From: a virus
Lineage: Duplodnaviria; Caudoviricetes
Virus record (IMG/VR): IMGVR_UViG_3300046167_000798
DNA length: 64,000 bases
Reading direction: 5' to 3' (one strand)
The translations under genes were made by a program, and so were the position numbers. Of the stretch, positions 1 through 8,272 are shown piece after piece (position 1 is the first letter of the stretch; each line of letters opens with the position of its first letter). Below the pieces are notes generated by a model. That model had not been told where the DNA came from, searched no databases, and was given only the letters and a program-made list of their open reading frames with translations.

Positions 1-1211
1 ATTCCTTTTCTTAAATTAAGAACATATTCTGTTAAAGATTTTAAGAATGGTTGCCATAAAGAATCATCTTTGGTTATTTTATCTAACCAATCTATTTTGC
101 TTATTATATTATCGTATTCGATTGGAAATTTCACAACTGATTTATTATATTTTTTAAGTTGTGAATCGTAAAAATCAATTGTTTCTTTATAATATGGTAT
201 AAATGGTTTTCCAGCTAATATATGAGATATTGATTTTTCAGTCATATATTCTTTACCAGGTATCCATGATTTAAAATTACTTTTATAAACTCCACTTGGG
301 CAATATTCGTAAATAATAGATACTTCAGATATACCGAACATTTTCCACATATTTTCATTCATATTATTTGAATTCCATTCACCACCCCAATCGTGAATAC
401 CATATCCTCTTTTTTGGATAAAATTTTCTTTTGGTATTTTTGAAATTAACTCTTTTCTAAAATTAGAATCATCTTTATCAATTTGACCAGAATCTCCGAA
501 TGAAGAATGAGTTATTGTTATATTTGGGTTATTTAATTCTAAAACTTTTTTTGCTAAATCTTCTTTATTACCATACAATCTTCTAATTGGAACATTTATT
601 TTATATTTGTAATCGTTTTTGTATTTTAAATAATCGTGGAAAAAATAATAATCTCTTATACCCAATGTGTTTGGATATATAAAAGACCAAACAGTATTTG
701 TAAAAACAAAATTATGATTATCTACATTCTTAACTGCAGTATCTGTTTCATCTACAAAAATCTGTATTTTTGGATTTATTCTTTTTTTCCAATTTTTTTC
801 TCTATATGAATCAGAACCTTCCCAATCAATAAACATATAACCTAGTCGATGTCCTAAATTTTTTGAATGATTATTTAAGTTATCAATATTTTCTCCATCT
901 AACCATTCAAGATTATGATTATATCCTCTATCAAATGTATATCCTAATTGTAAACAACTAATACTATAATCAAATAAATGATATCCATCTAATTTTTCCC
1001 ATAACTCATCATGACAAAAAATAATTTCTATTTCATTATTTTTATAAACAGCGTTTAATCTTATGATTTCTTTCAAGTTTACATTTTTATTAAAACGATT
1101 TTCTTGATTATAAAGAAAAATATCATTAGGGTCTATATCTACACCATGGCAGAAATACCAAAATAATTCATAAGTATAATGATGATGTATGTATATTTTA
1201 AACTTCTCCAT
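1..1211 (-). CDS. Hypothetical protein with GT10 (alpha-1,3-fucosyltransferase)-like motif; 3' end runs off the window
   Basis: Not in the ORF track. ATG at 1211 overlaps the polymerase end; the frame is open wherever checked (MEKFKIYIHHHYTYELFWYF...EYMTEKSISHILAGKPFIP...YVLNLRKG). EYMTEK...PFI resembles the GT10 Y-x-TEK...P-I motif. Confidence 0.6.
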   Translation of the reverse strand, partial: MEKFKIYIHHHYTYELFWYFCHGVDIDPNDIFLYNQENRFNKNVNLKEIIRLNAVYKNNEIEIIFCHDELWEKLDGYHLFDYSISCLQLGYTFDRGYNHNLEWLDGENIDNLNNHSKNLGHRLGYMFIDWEGSDSYREKNWKKRINPKIQIFVDETDTAVKNVDNHNFVFTNTVWSFIYPNTLGIRDYYFFHDYLKYKNDYKYKINVPIRRLYGNKEDLAKKVLELNNPNITITHSSFGDSGQIDKDDSNFRKELISKIPKENFIQKRGYGIHDWGGEWNSNNMNENMWKMFGISEVSIIYEYCPSGVYKSNFKSWIPGKEYMTEKSISHILAGKPFIPYYKETIDFYDSQLKKYNKSVVKFPIEYDNIISKIDWLDKITKDDSLWQPFLKSLTEYVLNLRKG

Positions 1212-2466
1212 AATTTTTACCCCAATCTGCTTTGACAGGAAATCCATAACTTTCGAGAACGGATTTAATCTTTTTAATAGTTTCAACCTCAGAATCATCA
1301 AACTCGAATAAGAATGAATCATATGTGTATAATATAGGTAGAGGTAACCCTTTTTCTTTTAGTTTATTCAGTACCTCAATATTGAACTCAGTTTCCGTCG
1401 CTTGGAGAATATAATTAAAGAACTTTTGAGAATTAGGTTTTTCAATCCACTCTAAAGGTATTTTTCTTCCTTTTGGAGTTTGTAGATAACCATTCCTCAC
1501 TGCTTCATTTTGCATCTTAGAAATAAACTTATCTACTTTATCAAAGAATGGTATCTTTCTATCTTCATCGGATACTCCCCCATATAGGATTCTAAACGTT
1601 CTTCCTTTGGATTCCCCATAATCACAACCATATTGGTCTGCTAACCATTGGTGAACCGAAGTATCGGGTAAATCGTATTTAATCAACTTACCAATAATTC
1701 TAACATGATACGCATCGTAATCGAATTGTAAGAAGAGAGAATCTTCGGGTGGAATAAAGGATGCTCTTGAACCATCTTTTTTGTTAAGAGCAGAGAAGTT
1801 TACACCACCATGTCTATTCGAAGGTCTTGATGTAATCGTGTATGGATTGTACTCGGTATAAACAACATCTCCTTGTGGATGTAATTTAATGTGTTTTGAA
1901 TTATCGGGCCATCTATCAAAAAATTTTTCCCTATCGACATTTATCCCACTTCGTTCTAAATCTGAAAGGATTGGAATCATCGTATCATCAACCCAATTGT
2001 TTGTATCTTTTATATCCCATTCACCAACAATACCTCGTAGTACCTCACTCCACTTCATTATAGAGATACTCTTACCCAAGTCATCTCTTATACCCAAACG
2101 ATAGTAAAAGTTCGTTAAACCCTCTAATTTCGATTGTATATCATATAATTGGAATTTCTCAAAGAATAAAGAAGTTTGCACATCTTTTAGATTATTTACC
2201 TTAATATTGGTTTGTAAGAAACCTTTTTTATCCCAAATCCACTTTGTTTGATTCGAGGTTGATAAATCTATTTCTAACTTTTCACAATCATTATGGTTGA
2301 ATGGAAGAATAAAGTCATCTTTTGGAAATCGGACATACAAAAATGACAACCCATTAGTCATAGGATGTCTATCCAAATCTTCCCAAATCGGAATAATCTT
2401 AGATTCTTCGTTATTCCAATATTCGAGAAACTGGTCTTTCTCTTTATTAGTTTCTACTATAATCAT
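1198..2466 (-). CDS. polA: Short family-A DNA polymerase
   Basis: Motif A (QFDYDAYHVRII), motif B (SKGRTFRILYGG, K-x3-F-x3-YG) and motif C (LYTYDSFLFE). 422 aa with no recognisable 5'-3' exonuclease. Confidence 0.85.
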   Translation of the reverse strand: MIIVETNKEKDQFLEYWNNEESKIIPIWEDLDRHPMTNGLSFLYVRFPKDDFILPFNHNDCEKLEIDLSTSNQTKWIWDKKGFLQTNIKVNNLKDVQTSLFFEKFQLYDIQSKLEGLTNFYYRLGIRDDLGKSISIMKWSEVLRGIVGEWDIKDTNNWVDDTMIPILSDLERSGINVDREKFFDRWPDNSKHIKLHPQGDVVYTEYNPYTITSRPSNRHGGVNFSALNKKDGSRASFIPPEDSLFLQFDYDAYHVRIIGKLIKYDLPDTSVHQWLADQYGCDYGESKGRTFRILYGGVSDEDRKIPFFDKVDKFISKMQNEAVRNGYLQTPKGRKIPLEWIEKPNSQKFFNYILQATETEFNIEVLNKLKEKGLPLPILYTYDSFLFEFDDSEVETIKKIKSVLESYGFPVKADWGKNYGEV

Positions 2467-2469
2467 ATG

Positions 2470-2598
2470 TTAATCCATCCATTTTCCATGGGTTCGTAGA
2501 TGCCAAAATCTATGTTTTAGTACTTCTAATACTAATTGAAAGAAAGTATCTGTTTCATAGATACCCGCTCTTGTTATAAGTTTAAACTTTGGTTTCAT
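2470..2598 (-). CDS. Small hypothetical protein (42 aa)
   Basis: MKPKFKLITRAGIYETDTFFQLVLEVLKHRFWHLRTHGKWMD; ATGA overlap with the upstream ORF; below the track cutoff. Confidence 0.6.
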   Translation of the reverse strand: MKPKFKLITRAGIYETDTFFQLVLEVLKHRFWHLRTHGKWMD

Positions 2599-2729
2599 CT
2601 TACTCCTGCATTATGTTCTAATAGGATTAGTTCTGCAGTTTCTTCATCTACATAACCACTTCCATCGATATCGATTAAGTGTCCTACATAATACATTCCA
2701 TCTTGTTGTGTTAAATCTGTTTTATTCAT
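2595..2729 (-). CDS. Small hypothetical protein (44 aa)
   Basis: MNKTDLTQQDGMYYVGHLIDIDGSGYVDEETAELILLEHNAGVR; lies directly downstream of a host-type promoter. Confidence 0.6.
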   Translation of the reverse strand: MNKTDLTQQDGMYYVGHLIDIDGSGYVDEETAELILLEHNAGVR

Positions 2730-2736
2730 AATGGTA

Positions 2737-2768
2737 CTAATATACAAAATTTATTTTTAATATCCAAG
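2737..2768 (-). promoter_or_regulatory. Bacteroidota sigma70-type promoter (TTG-N20-TAnnTT)
   Basis: Minus strand reads CTTG-gatattaaaaataaattttg-TATATTAG with a 20-nt spacer; near-duplicate of the 3431-3462 element. Confidence 0.5.
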
Positions 2769-3110
2769 AAATTTTTCATTTATTTTTTTTACATACCCTT
2801 TTTCAACAGCATAATCCCATTCCTCATTTAACCAATAGTTTTCTACTCGTTCTACTTCTGTTAAACAATCTTCCCATAATTCACCAAGTGTGTAACTATC
2901 TCCATACTTAATACCACCACAAAGAACCATTAGTTCGTTTAGGGTATCGAAATCATCTAGTTCTTCTGCCAAATTGATTTGAAATGTAATTTCTTTTTTC
3001 ATTATATCAGCAACCTTATCATTATGGTCATACATTTCTTTTGACCAGGGTTTTGTAATTTGAATATCTTTATTCAAAACATCTGAATATACTTCTTTTA
3101 TTATTTTCAT
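2757..3110 (-). CDS. Hypothetical protein (117 aa)
   Basis: Clean ORF in the co-oriented run; no motif recognised. Confidence 0.7.
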   Translation of the reverse strand: MKIIKEVYSDVLNKDIQITKPWSKEMYDHNDKVADIMKKEITFQINLAEELDDFDTLNELMVLCGGIKYGDSYTLGELWEDCLTEVERVENYWLNEEWDYAVEKGYVKKINEKFLGY

Positions 3111-3114
3111 GTTT

Positions 3115-3393
3115 TTAAAGTTTAATTATGTTTAATGAAGGATTAAATACTGTTTTATATCCCTTAGTATAAGATGATATGATAGTATCTATAAAATCTT
3201 TTAGAAGATAAGTTCCATCGGAAGAACCAAATCCTTGGTCTTCATCCCAATCGTTAGTCCATTCTTCAGCTATCTCAACTGAAGTATCAACCAATTCAGA
3301 GAATTGAACTTGTTCGTCATTAATCATTTTTGTGAAAGAATCGATACCAAGGGCTCTTGATACGATATGTTGAGGATGTACTAAGTAATTCAT
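3115..3393 (-). CDS. Hypothetical protein (92 aa)
   Basis: Clean ORF downstream of a promoter-like element; A-rich leader without SD. Confidence 0.7.
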   Translation of the reverse strand: MNYLVHPQHIVSRALGIDSFTKMINDEQVQFSELVDTSVEIAEEWTNDWDEDQGFGSSDGTYLLKDFIDTIISSYTKGYKTVFNPSLNIIKL

Positions 3394-3430
3394 TTATTTA
3401 AGTTTTAACTGTTATTAATTATTTACATAG

Positions 3431-3462
3431 TAAATATACGAAAAATAAATGATATATCCAAG
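3431..3462 (-). promoter_or_regulatory. Bacteroidota sigma70-type promoter (TTG-N20-TAnnTTT)
   Basis: Minus strand reads CTTG-gatatatcatttatttttcg-TATATTTA, matching the -33 TTG / -7 TAnnTTTG consensus with a 20-nt spacer. Confidence 0.55.
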
Positions 3463-3466
3463 CTTT

Positions 3467-4435
3467 TTATAAGAAATTTTCTGCTTCTTTTATATTAGTT
3501 TCCCACCAATCTCTATTTTCTAACACTATTTTTGCTATTTCGAAGTTTTTTTCTATTTTTTCTTTATTTAAATCATAAAGTAGTGAAATATCATCTATTG
3601 AGTATCTATTATAATAATCAATACAATTAGAAAATTTATTTATTTTTATAGGTAAAGAAGAATGATAATTATCACCATCACCATATCCAAATTCATCATT
3701 CCAAACATAAAAACCCATTTTCTTTAATTCTTTGATATAGTTTTTACCCCCATATACAATAGGCATAGTTTTTGTAAGAAATGCAAATAATGTTTTATCT
3801 GATAGTTGGTTTTGTATTTCAGATTCTTGATACGTTTCCACCACGAAAGATACATATGATTTTAAATACTCCGATATTAGTTCAGTTATAGTTGGAAAGT
3901 TATTTACTAACTTTAATACTTCTTCTGTCTCTTCTATTTCACTATGAACCCAATTTGCATATCTACATACACCTTCAAATTCTTTTATTTTACTAAAAAT
4001 TCTAGTTCTTATCTCATTGGATTTTCTTACAGATATAATCCCCTTTACAGATTTACTAAAATTAGTATATAGAGATTTATCAAACCAGTTAATATTTTCA
4101 GAATCCCAATTAATTTTACTTTTATGTTTACTACCTTGCCAAAAATATAAATTAGAAAGTGGATGCATGAAAAGATAGTTTTCGGTGGTTGTTGATGATG
4201 ATATTAACACCTCCTTTTTACTCTCATCTATAATATCACAAATTTTGTATAATGCATTGGTATTTTTAAAAACTTCATTGTATATTACTATACTAAATTT
4301 ATCGTATCTTTCTATAAATTTATCTAATAAACCACTTTTATTAATTTCACTTTCAGATGGTGAACATAATATTGGATTAGATTCAATAAAATTCTTTTCG
4401 TATTTTAATCTATCTTGTAATGTCAAAATTACCAA
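3467..4435 (-). CDS. Hypothetical protein with GT10-like motif
   Basis: YVSFVVETYQESEIQNQLSDKTLFAFLTKTMPIVYGG resembles GT10 F-x-L-x-FEN...Y-x-TEK...A...PIxxG. TTG start overlaps the upstream stop. Confidence 0.55.
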   Translation of the reverse strand: MVILTLQDRLKYEKNFIESNPILCSPSESEINKSGLLDKFIERYDKFSIVIYNEVFKNTNALYKICDIIDESKKEVLISSSTTTENYLFMHPLSNLYFWQGSKHKSKINWDSENINWFDKSLYTNFSKSVKGIISVRKSNEIRTRIFSKIKEFEGVCRYANWVHSEIEETEEVLKLVNNFPTITELISEYLKSYVSFVVETYQESEIQNQLSDKTLFAFLTKTMPIVYGGKNYIKELKKMGFYVWNDEFGYGDGDNYHSSLPIKINKFSNCIDYYNRYSIDDISLLYDLNKEKIEKNFEIAKIVLENRDWWETNIKEAENFL

Positions 4436-5196
4436 TATTTGTTTTGTAATGAATAAATATCAATAGGTTCTCTCTTCATATGTCCACCCTTTTTAAATTC
4501 AATTCCTTTTAACGAATATCCTGCTAAAAAACTTCTTCTAAATCTATTTGAGTAATTTGGTTCTGAACCGTGTATTGTATGTGAATGTAATAAAACTACA
4601 TTACCCTTTTTAGTAGTACCTTCTACTTTTTTGAAATTATGTCCTTCAGGCATTACACAAGGTTTACCTCTTTCATTAGACCAATTTTTAGGATTTGTTT
4701 TTACCCTTTCTTCATCTATTTCAATTGGTAATAAACCTAATCTATGTGTACCTTCATAGTTCCATACTGCACCATTTTCTTTATCGTGATTATCTAGTGC
4801 AACAGTAATGTTTAAATATTCATTATGTTTACATCCTGTATAAAATGCATTTTGATGCATATCTCTACCTAATTGACCTGGTGGTTTAAAGTAACACCAA
4901 GTTTGTGTTCCATTTATTTTACCATTTAGTAAAAATTCTGTTGCTTCTATAATTTTAGGATGAGAAAATATTTTTTCAAATTTTTCTGATAATTTGTGTG
5001 GATACATAAATGGGTCATATTCTCCCCATTCACTACCATCTTCTTTTGTTGTTTCTTGTCTTTGCTTACGAAGTTTTTCTAATTCTTCATTCAATTCATC
5101 ACATTCCTCTTCACTAAGTAATTCTATTGTAGAAAATCCTTTGTATCTCCAATCAAAAAGTAATTGTTGTTTTTCTTCTTCTGTAAGATAATTCAT
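4429..5196 (-). CDS. Phytanoyl-CoA dioxygenase (PhyH) family 2OG-Fe(II) oxygenase
   Basis: YFKPPG..MHQNAFY, ITVALD..DKENGAVW..EGTH, and distal HGSEPNYSNRFRRS. The usual HxD motif is HQN here. Confidence 0.85.
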   Translation of the reverse strand: MNYLTEEEKQQLLFDWRYKGFSTIELLSEEECDELNEELEKLRKQRQETTKEDGSEWGEYDPFMYPHKLSEKFEKIFSHPKIIEATEFLLNGKINGTQTWCYFKPPGQLGRDMHQNAFYTGCKHNEYLNITVALDNHDKENGAVWNYEGTHRLGLLPIEIDEERVKTNPKNWSNERGKPCVMPEGHNFKKVEGTTKKGNVVLLHSHTIHGSEPNYSNRFRRSFLAGYSLKGIEFKKGGHMKREPIDIYSLQNKYW

Positions 5197-5227
5197 GTAA
5201 CCTAATTTAGTTGTATATCTATATATA

Positions 5228-5623
5228 TTAACTTTTGTAAAATTGTAATAAATTTGGTAAATATAATTTTAGGTTGGGAATTTTTTTAGATTGTAAATTT
5301 ATAGATATTCTATTTGATTCAGAGACAGATTTATCAACAATACTCCCATCTTCATCATATACTGTTTCTTTAGGTCCAACTATTCTCCATCTAACTGCAG
5401 ATGCTATAAAAAATGGATTATTATTATAACTTGAATATGATGATGAAGATATTTCATATATGGGCGAATTTGTATCATTCGATTTTTGTACAAAATATCT
5501 AGTAATAAATCCTCGATTATAATCACTTTCATTTAATTTAGGAAAATGAGTCTTTACATCTAACTTAGAAAATTTTTGTTTAAAACCAGTTAGGTTATCA
5601 TATTTATCTATCATATTACTCAT
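5228..5623 (-). CDS. Hypothetical protein after the baseplate genes
   Basis: Likely start at 5623 (TAATG overlap, MSNMIDKYD) rather than 5665. Confidence 0.65.
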   Translation of the reverse strand: MSNMIDKYDNLTGFKQKFSKLDVKTHFPKLNESDYNRGFITRYFVQKSNDTNSPIYEISSSSYSSYNNNPFFIASAVRWRIVGPKETVYDEDGSIVDKSVSESNRISINLQSKKIPNLKLYLPNLLQFYKS

Positions 5624-7971
5624 TATCCAAAGTTCCTCATTGTACCTTCTACGGTTGTTCTCCATAGACCATCAGTTAATTCATGTCCTACTTTTGTTAC
5701 TTGAAAAGCATTTTTAGCATATCTTTTTGGTATATCATTAATTCTAAATAACTGTCCTGTTACTATTCCAGTAATACCAAGTGTTGTAAAACCAAATTTT
5801 ATTGGTACAAGAACATTAGTTGATGATTTATTATCAGATTTTCCTAAAAACAACCTTCTTAATGCAAGTGAATCATTCCATGCTCCTACAAAAAGTATAT
5901 CTTCTATTGATGCATTTGCATTGTTAAAGACATTGTACCAAGCACCTTCTGCTGCATCGTAATCATCATCTCTTCCTTTAACACTAGGTAGAACAGTAGC
6001 CTTTGACATAAATAGTTCATAGTTTGCTTTTCTAATTTCATCTTCAGAATCTTCATCAACCTCACCACCATCATCATCAGCTTTTTGTTCTTCTTTGATT
6101 TGAAATGAATCTAATATAGATAATACTCTATCTGGTTTTTTAGCAAATAAGGCAGAATTGGCCACAGTAACATCAGTATCACCCGATTCTTGAGTATTTA
6201 CCTCCGCCGCACTTCGTTGACCTGTTATCATGTTCTGCATTGCAGCTGGTATTGATAAATCAAAATTTGATTGTAAAAATGGAGTATTTGGGCCTGATGA
6301 ATCAAATTTTGCACATTTATCAAAAATTGTTGCATCTGGTTTACATAAAGTTAAATCATGTACTGCTAAATGAAAATTACCCTCATTACCTTTTCTTGTA
6401 TCTGGAACTTCATTTATTTCAAATTGCCAAAATCCACTTACACCATTTGATAATCCATTTAATATTTCGTAATATAAATCTTTATTAACATAATTTGTTC
6501 TTCCAAGTACCTCAAGAAAGAATTCAAAATTTATAAATAAATCTTTTAAATATCCATAAGTATGTGCTTCAAATTCTTGTGTTACCACACCATCTGGCCA
6601 TTTATATTCATTTAAAGGTTTTATTTGTGGAAATGCATAATCTTCTGCATTAGTAATCCCCCCAGCAAATATGGAATTTCTCCATTGATTTAAGTTTGCT
6701 GTTTTCTTTGGAGTTCCACTAGCATTAAAGTAACTGTCAATTGGTTCACTTGATGTTAATGAACTTACTAAATTAAATTCAGGAGTATTTGTATTTGGAA
6801 TGAGTAATTTACCACCATCAATAGAAAACATAAATTTATGTGCTCTACATAATGTATAATCAATACATATTTCATAAGAATATGATTTAACCTCACAATT
6901 CTTAACTTGCTTGGGTTTCATATTTGTTTGATATGTAGATAATATTTTAAATGCAAGTTCTAATCTAATATATGAATGATTAGCTACAAGAGGAATTCCT
7001 TCAGGTATCTTTGCACTAGAATCATCTTCATTAGTTTCAACATCAGTATCAGTTAAATCTTCTATTAATGATTTTCTAATTTCATCATCCATATTGATAA
7101 AGTTACCATCATCCGACCATGGATTACCTCGTGTATCTGTCCCACTTTCATATAATACCTTTATTGGTTCAATTTGTTTTTGTTGTGGTAACCTATTATA
7201 CATCTGCATAAAAAGAGCCTTTCCAACAAGCCCATCTTCACTTTCATTTTCTATTGTTGTTTCTTTAAAACTTTTTCCACTTTTTCCATCAACTTTACCC
7301 CCAACTGCTCCTTTATTTGATTGAATATATGCTGGTATCTCACCAATAGTAGTTAATTCAACTGATAAATTATAAATTTCTCCCTCTTCATAAGTAAGTC
7401 CACCTTGTGTTATGAATCCTAAAAATCCACCATATTCATAATTAGAATCAACTATTTTTTTCTTATTATGTTGAAACGAATTAAACTTGGCCATATTACA
7501 AGGGCTTAAATCAATTTTCTGATTAACTGATGCATCGGTATTCCATCCCCACTCTACTAAAACAGTATATCCTGGTTCAATAAAATATTCTGAAAGTTTA
7601 TCTGCTTGGTTTAATGTAAAACATTTAATATTAAATTTTGCTTTTTTTGTTAAACCCCCTGCTCCAAATTCTATTGTTAATCCCTCAATTATAGGTGAAG
7701 GTCTTCCTTTTCTATCAGTTACATCTACTGATATTGATTTACCAGCAAATGTTTGTCCTATCCTTCCACTATCATTATTTTTATTAAATCCATATCTGTC
7801 ATTAAATGAATCTGATGGTGGAAGTGATTCCATAACAAATCCTTCATCATTTGCTGCGGAAGCTACACGAATCCATGATGTCATTCCACTAGCTACATCA
7901 TTTTTTCCAGCTCTGGATGTCATTTTACTTGCTACTGCATCTTCTATATTTGCTAATAATGGAAATAACAT
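5623..7971 (-). CDS. Putative baseplate hub protein (782 aa)
   Basis: Position after the LysM-like tail gene; PGYTVLVEWGW motif and beta-rich C-terminus (FQVTKVGHELTDGLWRTTVEG) typical of hub folds. Confidence 0.45.
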   Translation of the reverse strand: MLFPLLANIEDAVASKMTSRAGKNDVASGMTSWIRVASAANDEGFVMESLPPSDSFNDRYGFNKNNDSGRIGQTFAGKSISVDVTDRKGRPSPIIEGLTIEFGAGGLTKKAKFNIKCFTLNQADKLSEYFIEPGYTVLVEWGWNTDASVNQKIDLSPCNMAKFNSFQHNKKKIVDSNYEYGGFLGFITQGGLTYEEGEIYNLSVELTTIGEIPAYIQSNKGAVGGKVDGKSGKSFKETTIENESEDGLVGKALFMQMYNRLPQQKQIEPIKVLYESGTDTRGNPWSDDGNFINMDDEIRKSLIEDLTDTDVETNEDDSSAKIPEGIPLVANHSYIRLELAFKILSTYQTNMKPKQVKNCEVKSYSYEICIDYTLCRAHKFMFSIDGGKLLIPNTNTPEFNLVSSLTSSEPIDSYFNASGTPKKTANLNQWRNSIFAGGITNAEDYAFPQIKPLNEYKWPDGVVTQEFEAHTYGYLKDLFINFEFFLEVLGRTNYVNKDLYYEILNGLSNGVSGFWQFEINEVPDTRKGNEGNFHLAVHDLTLCKPDATIFDKCAKFDSSGPNTPFLQSNFDLSIPAAMQNMITGQRSAAEVNTQESGDTDVTVANSALFAKKPDRVLSILDSFQIKEEQKADDDGGEVDEDSEDEIRKANYELFMSKATVLPSVKGRDDDYDAAEGAWYNVFNNANASIEDILFVGAWNDSLALRRLFLGKSDNKSSTNVLVPIKFGFTTLGITGIVTGQLFRINDIPKRYAKNAFQVTKVGHELTDGLWRTTVEGTMRNFG

Positions 7972-7975
7972 ATTT

Positions 7976-8269
7976 TTATTTATTAAAATCGTTTATAATT
8001 TTTCTAAAATCTTTTGGTATTCTAAGAATAGTACCATCTTCAAAAGCAAGTGAAGAATCATGTATTTTATTTGCAGATGCAATTATCCACCACAAAGATG
8101 AATCACCAAGAAACTGATATGCAAGTGTATCTATCCTATCTCCTGTTTGAGTTACAATATATAGGTCACTATCTTGTAAAGGTATAGTAGGGTATATTTT
8201 AGATTTATATACCTCTCTACCATCTTTCAGTTTTTTACTTTTATTATTTGTATATCTACTATTTGCCAT
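7976..8269 (-). CDS. LysM-like baseplate protein (T4 gp53 / P2 gpX-like)
   Basis: YIVTQTGDRIDTLAYQFLGDSSLWWIIASAN...GTILRIP. Confidence 0.8.
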   Translation of the reverse strand: MANSRYTNNKSKKLKDGREVYKSKIYPTIPLQDSDLYIVTQTGDRIDTLAYQFLGDSSLWWIIASANKIHDSSLAFEDGTILRIPKDFRKIINDFNK

Positions 8270-8272
8270 CTA

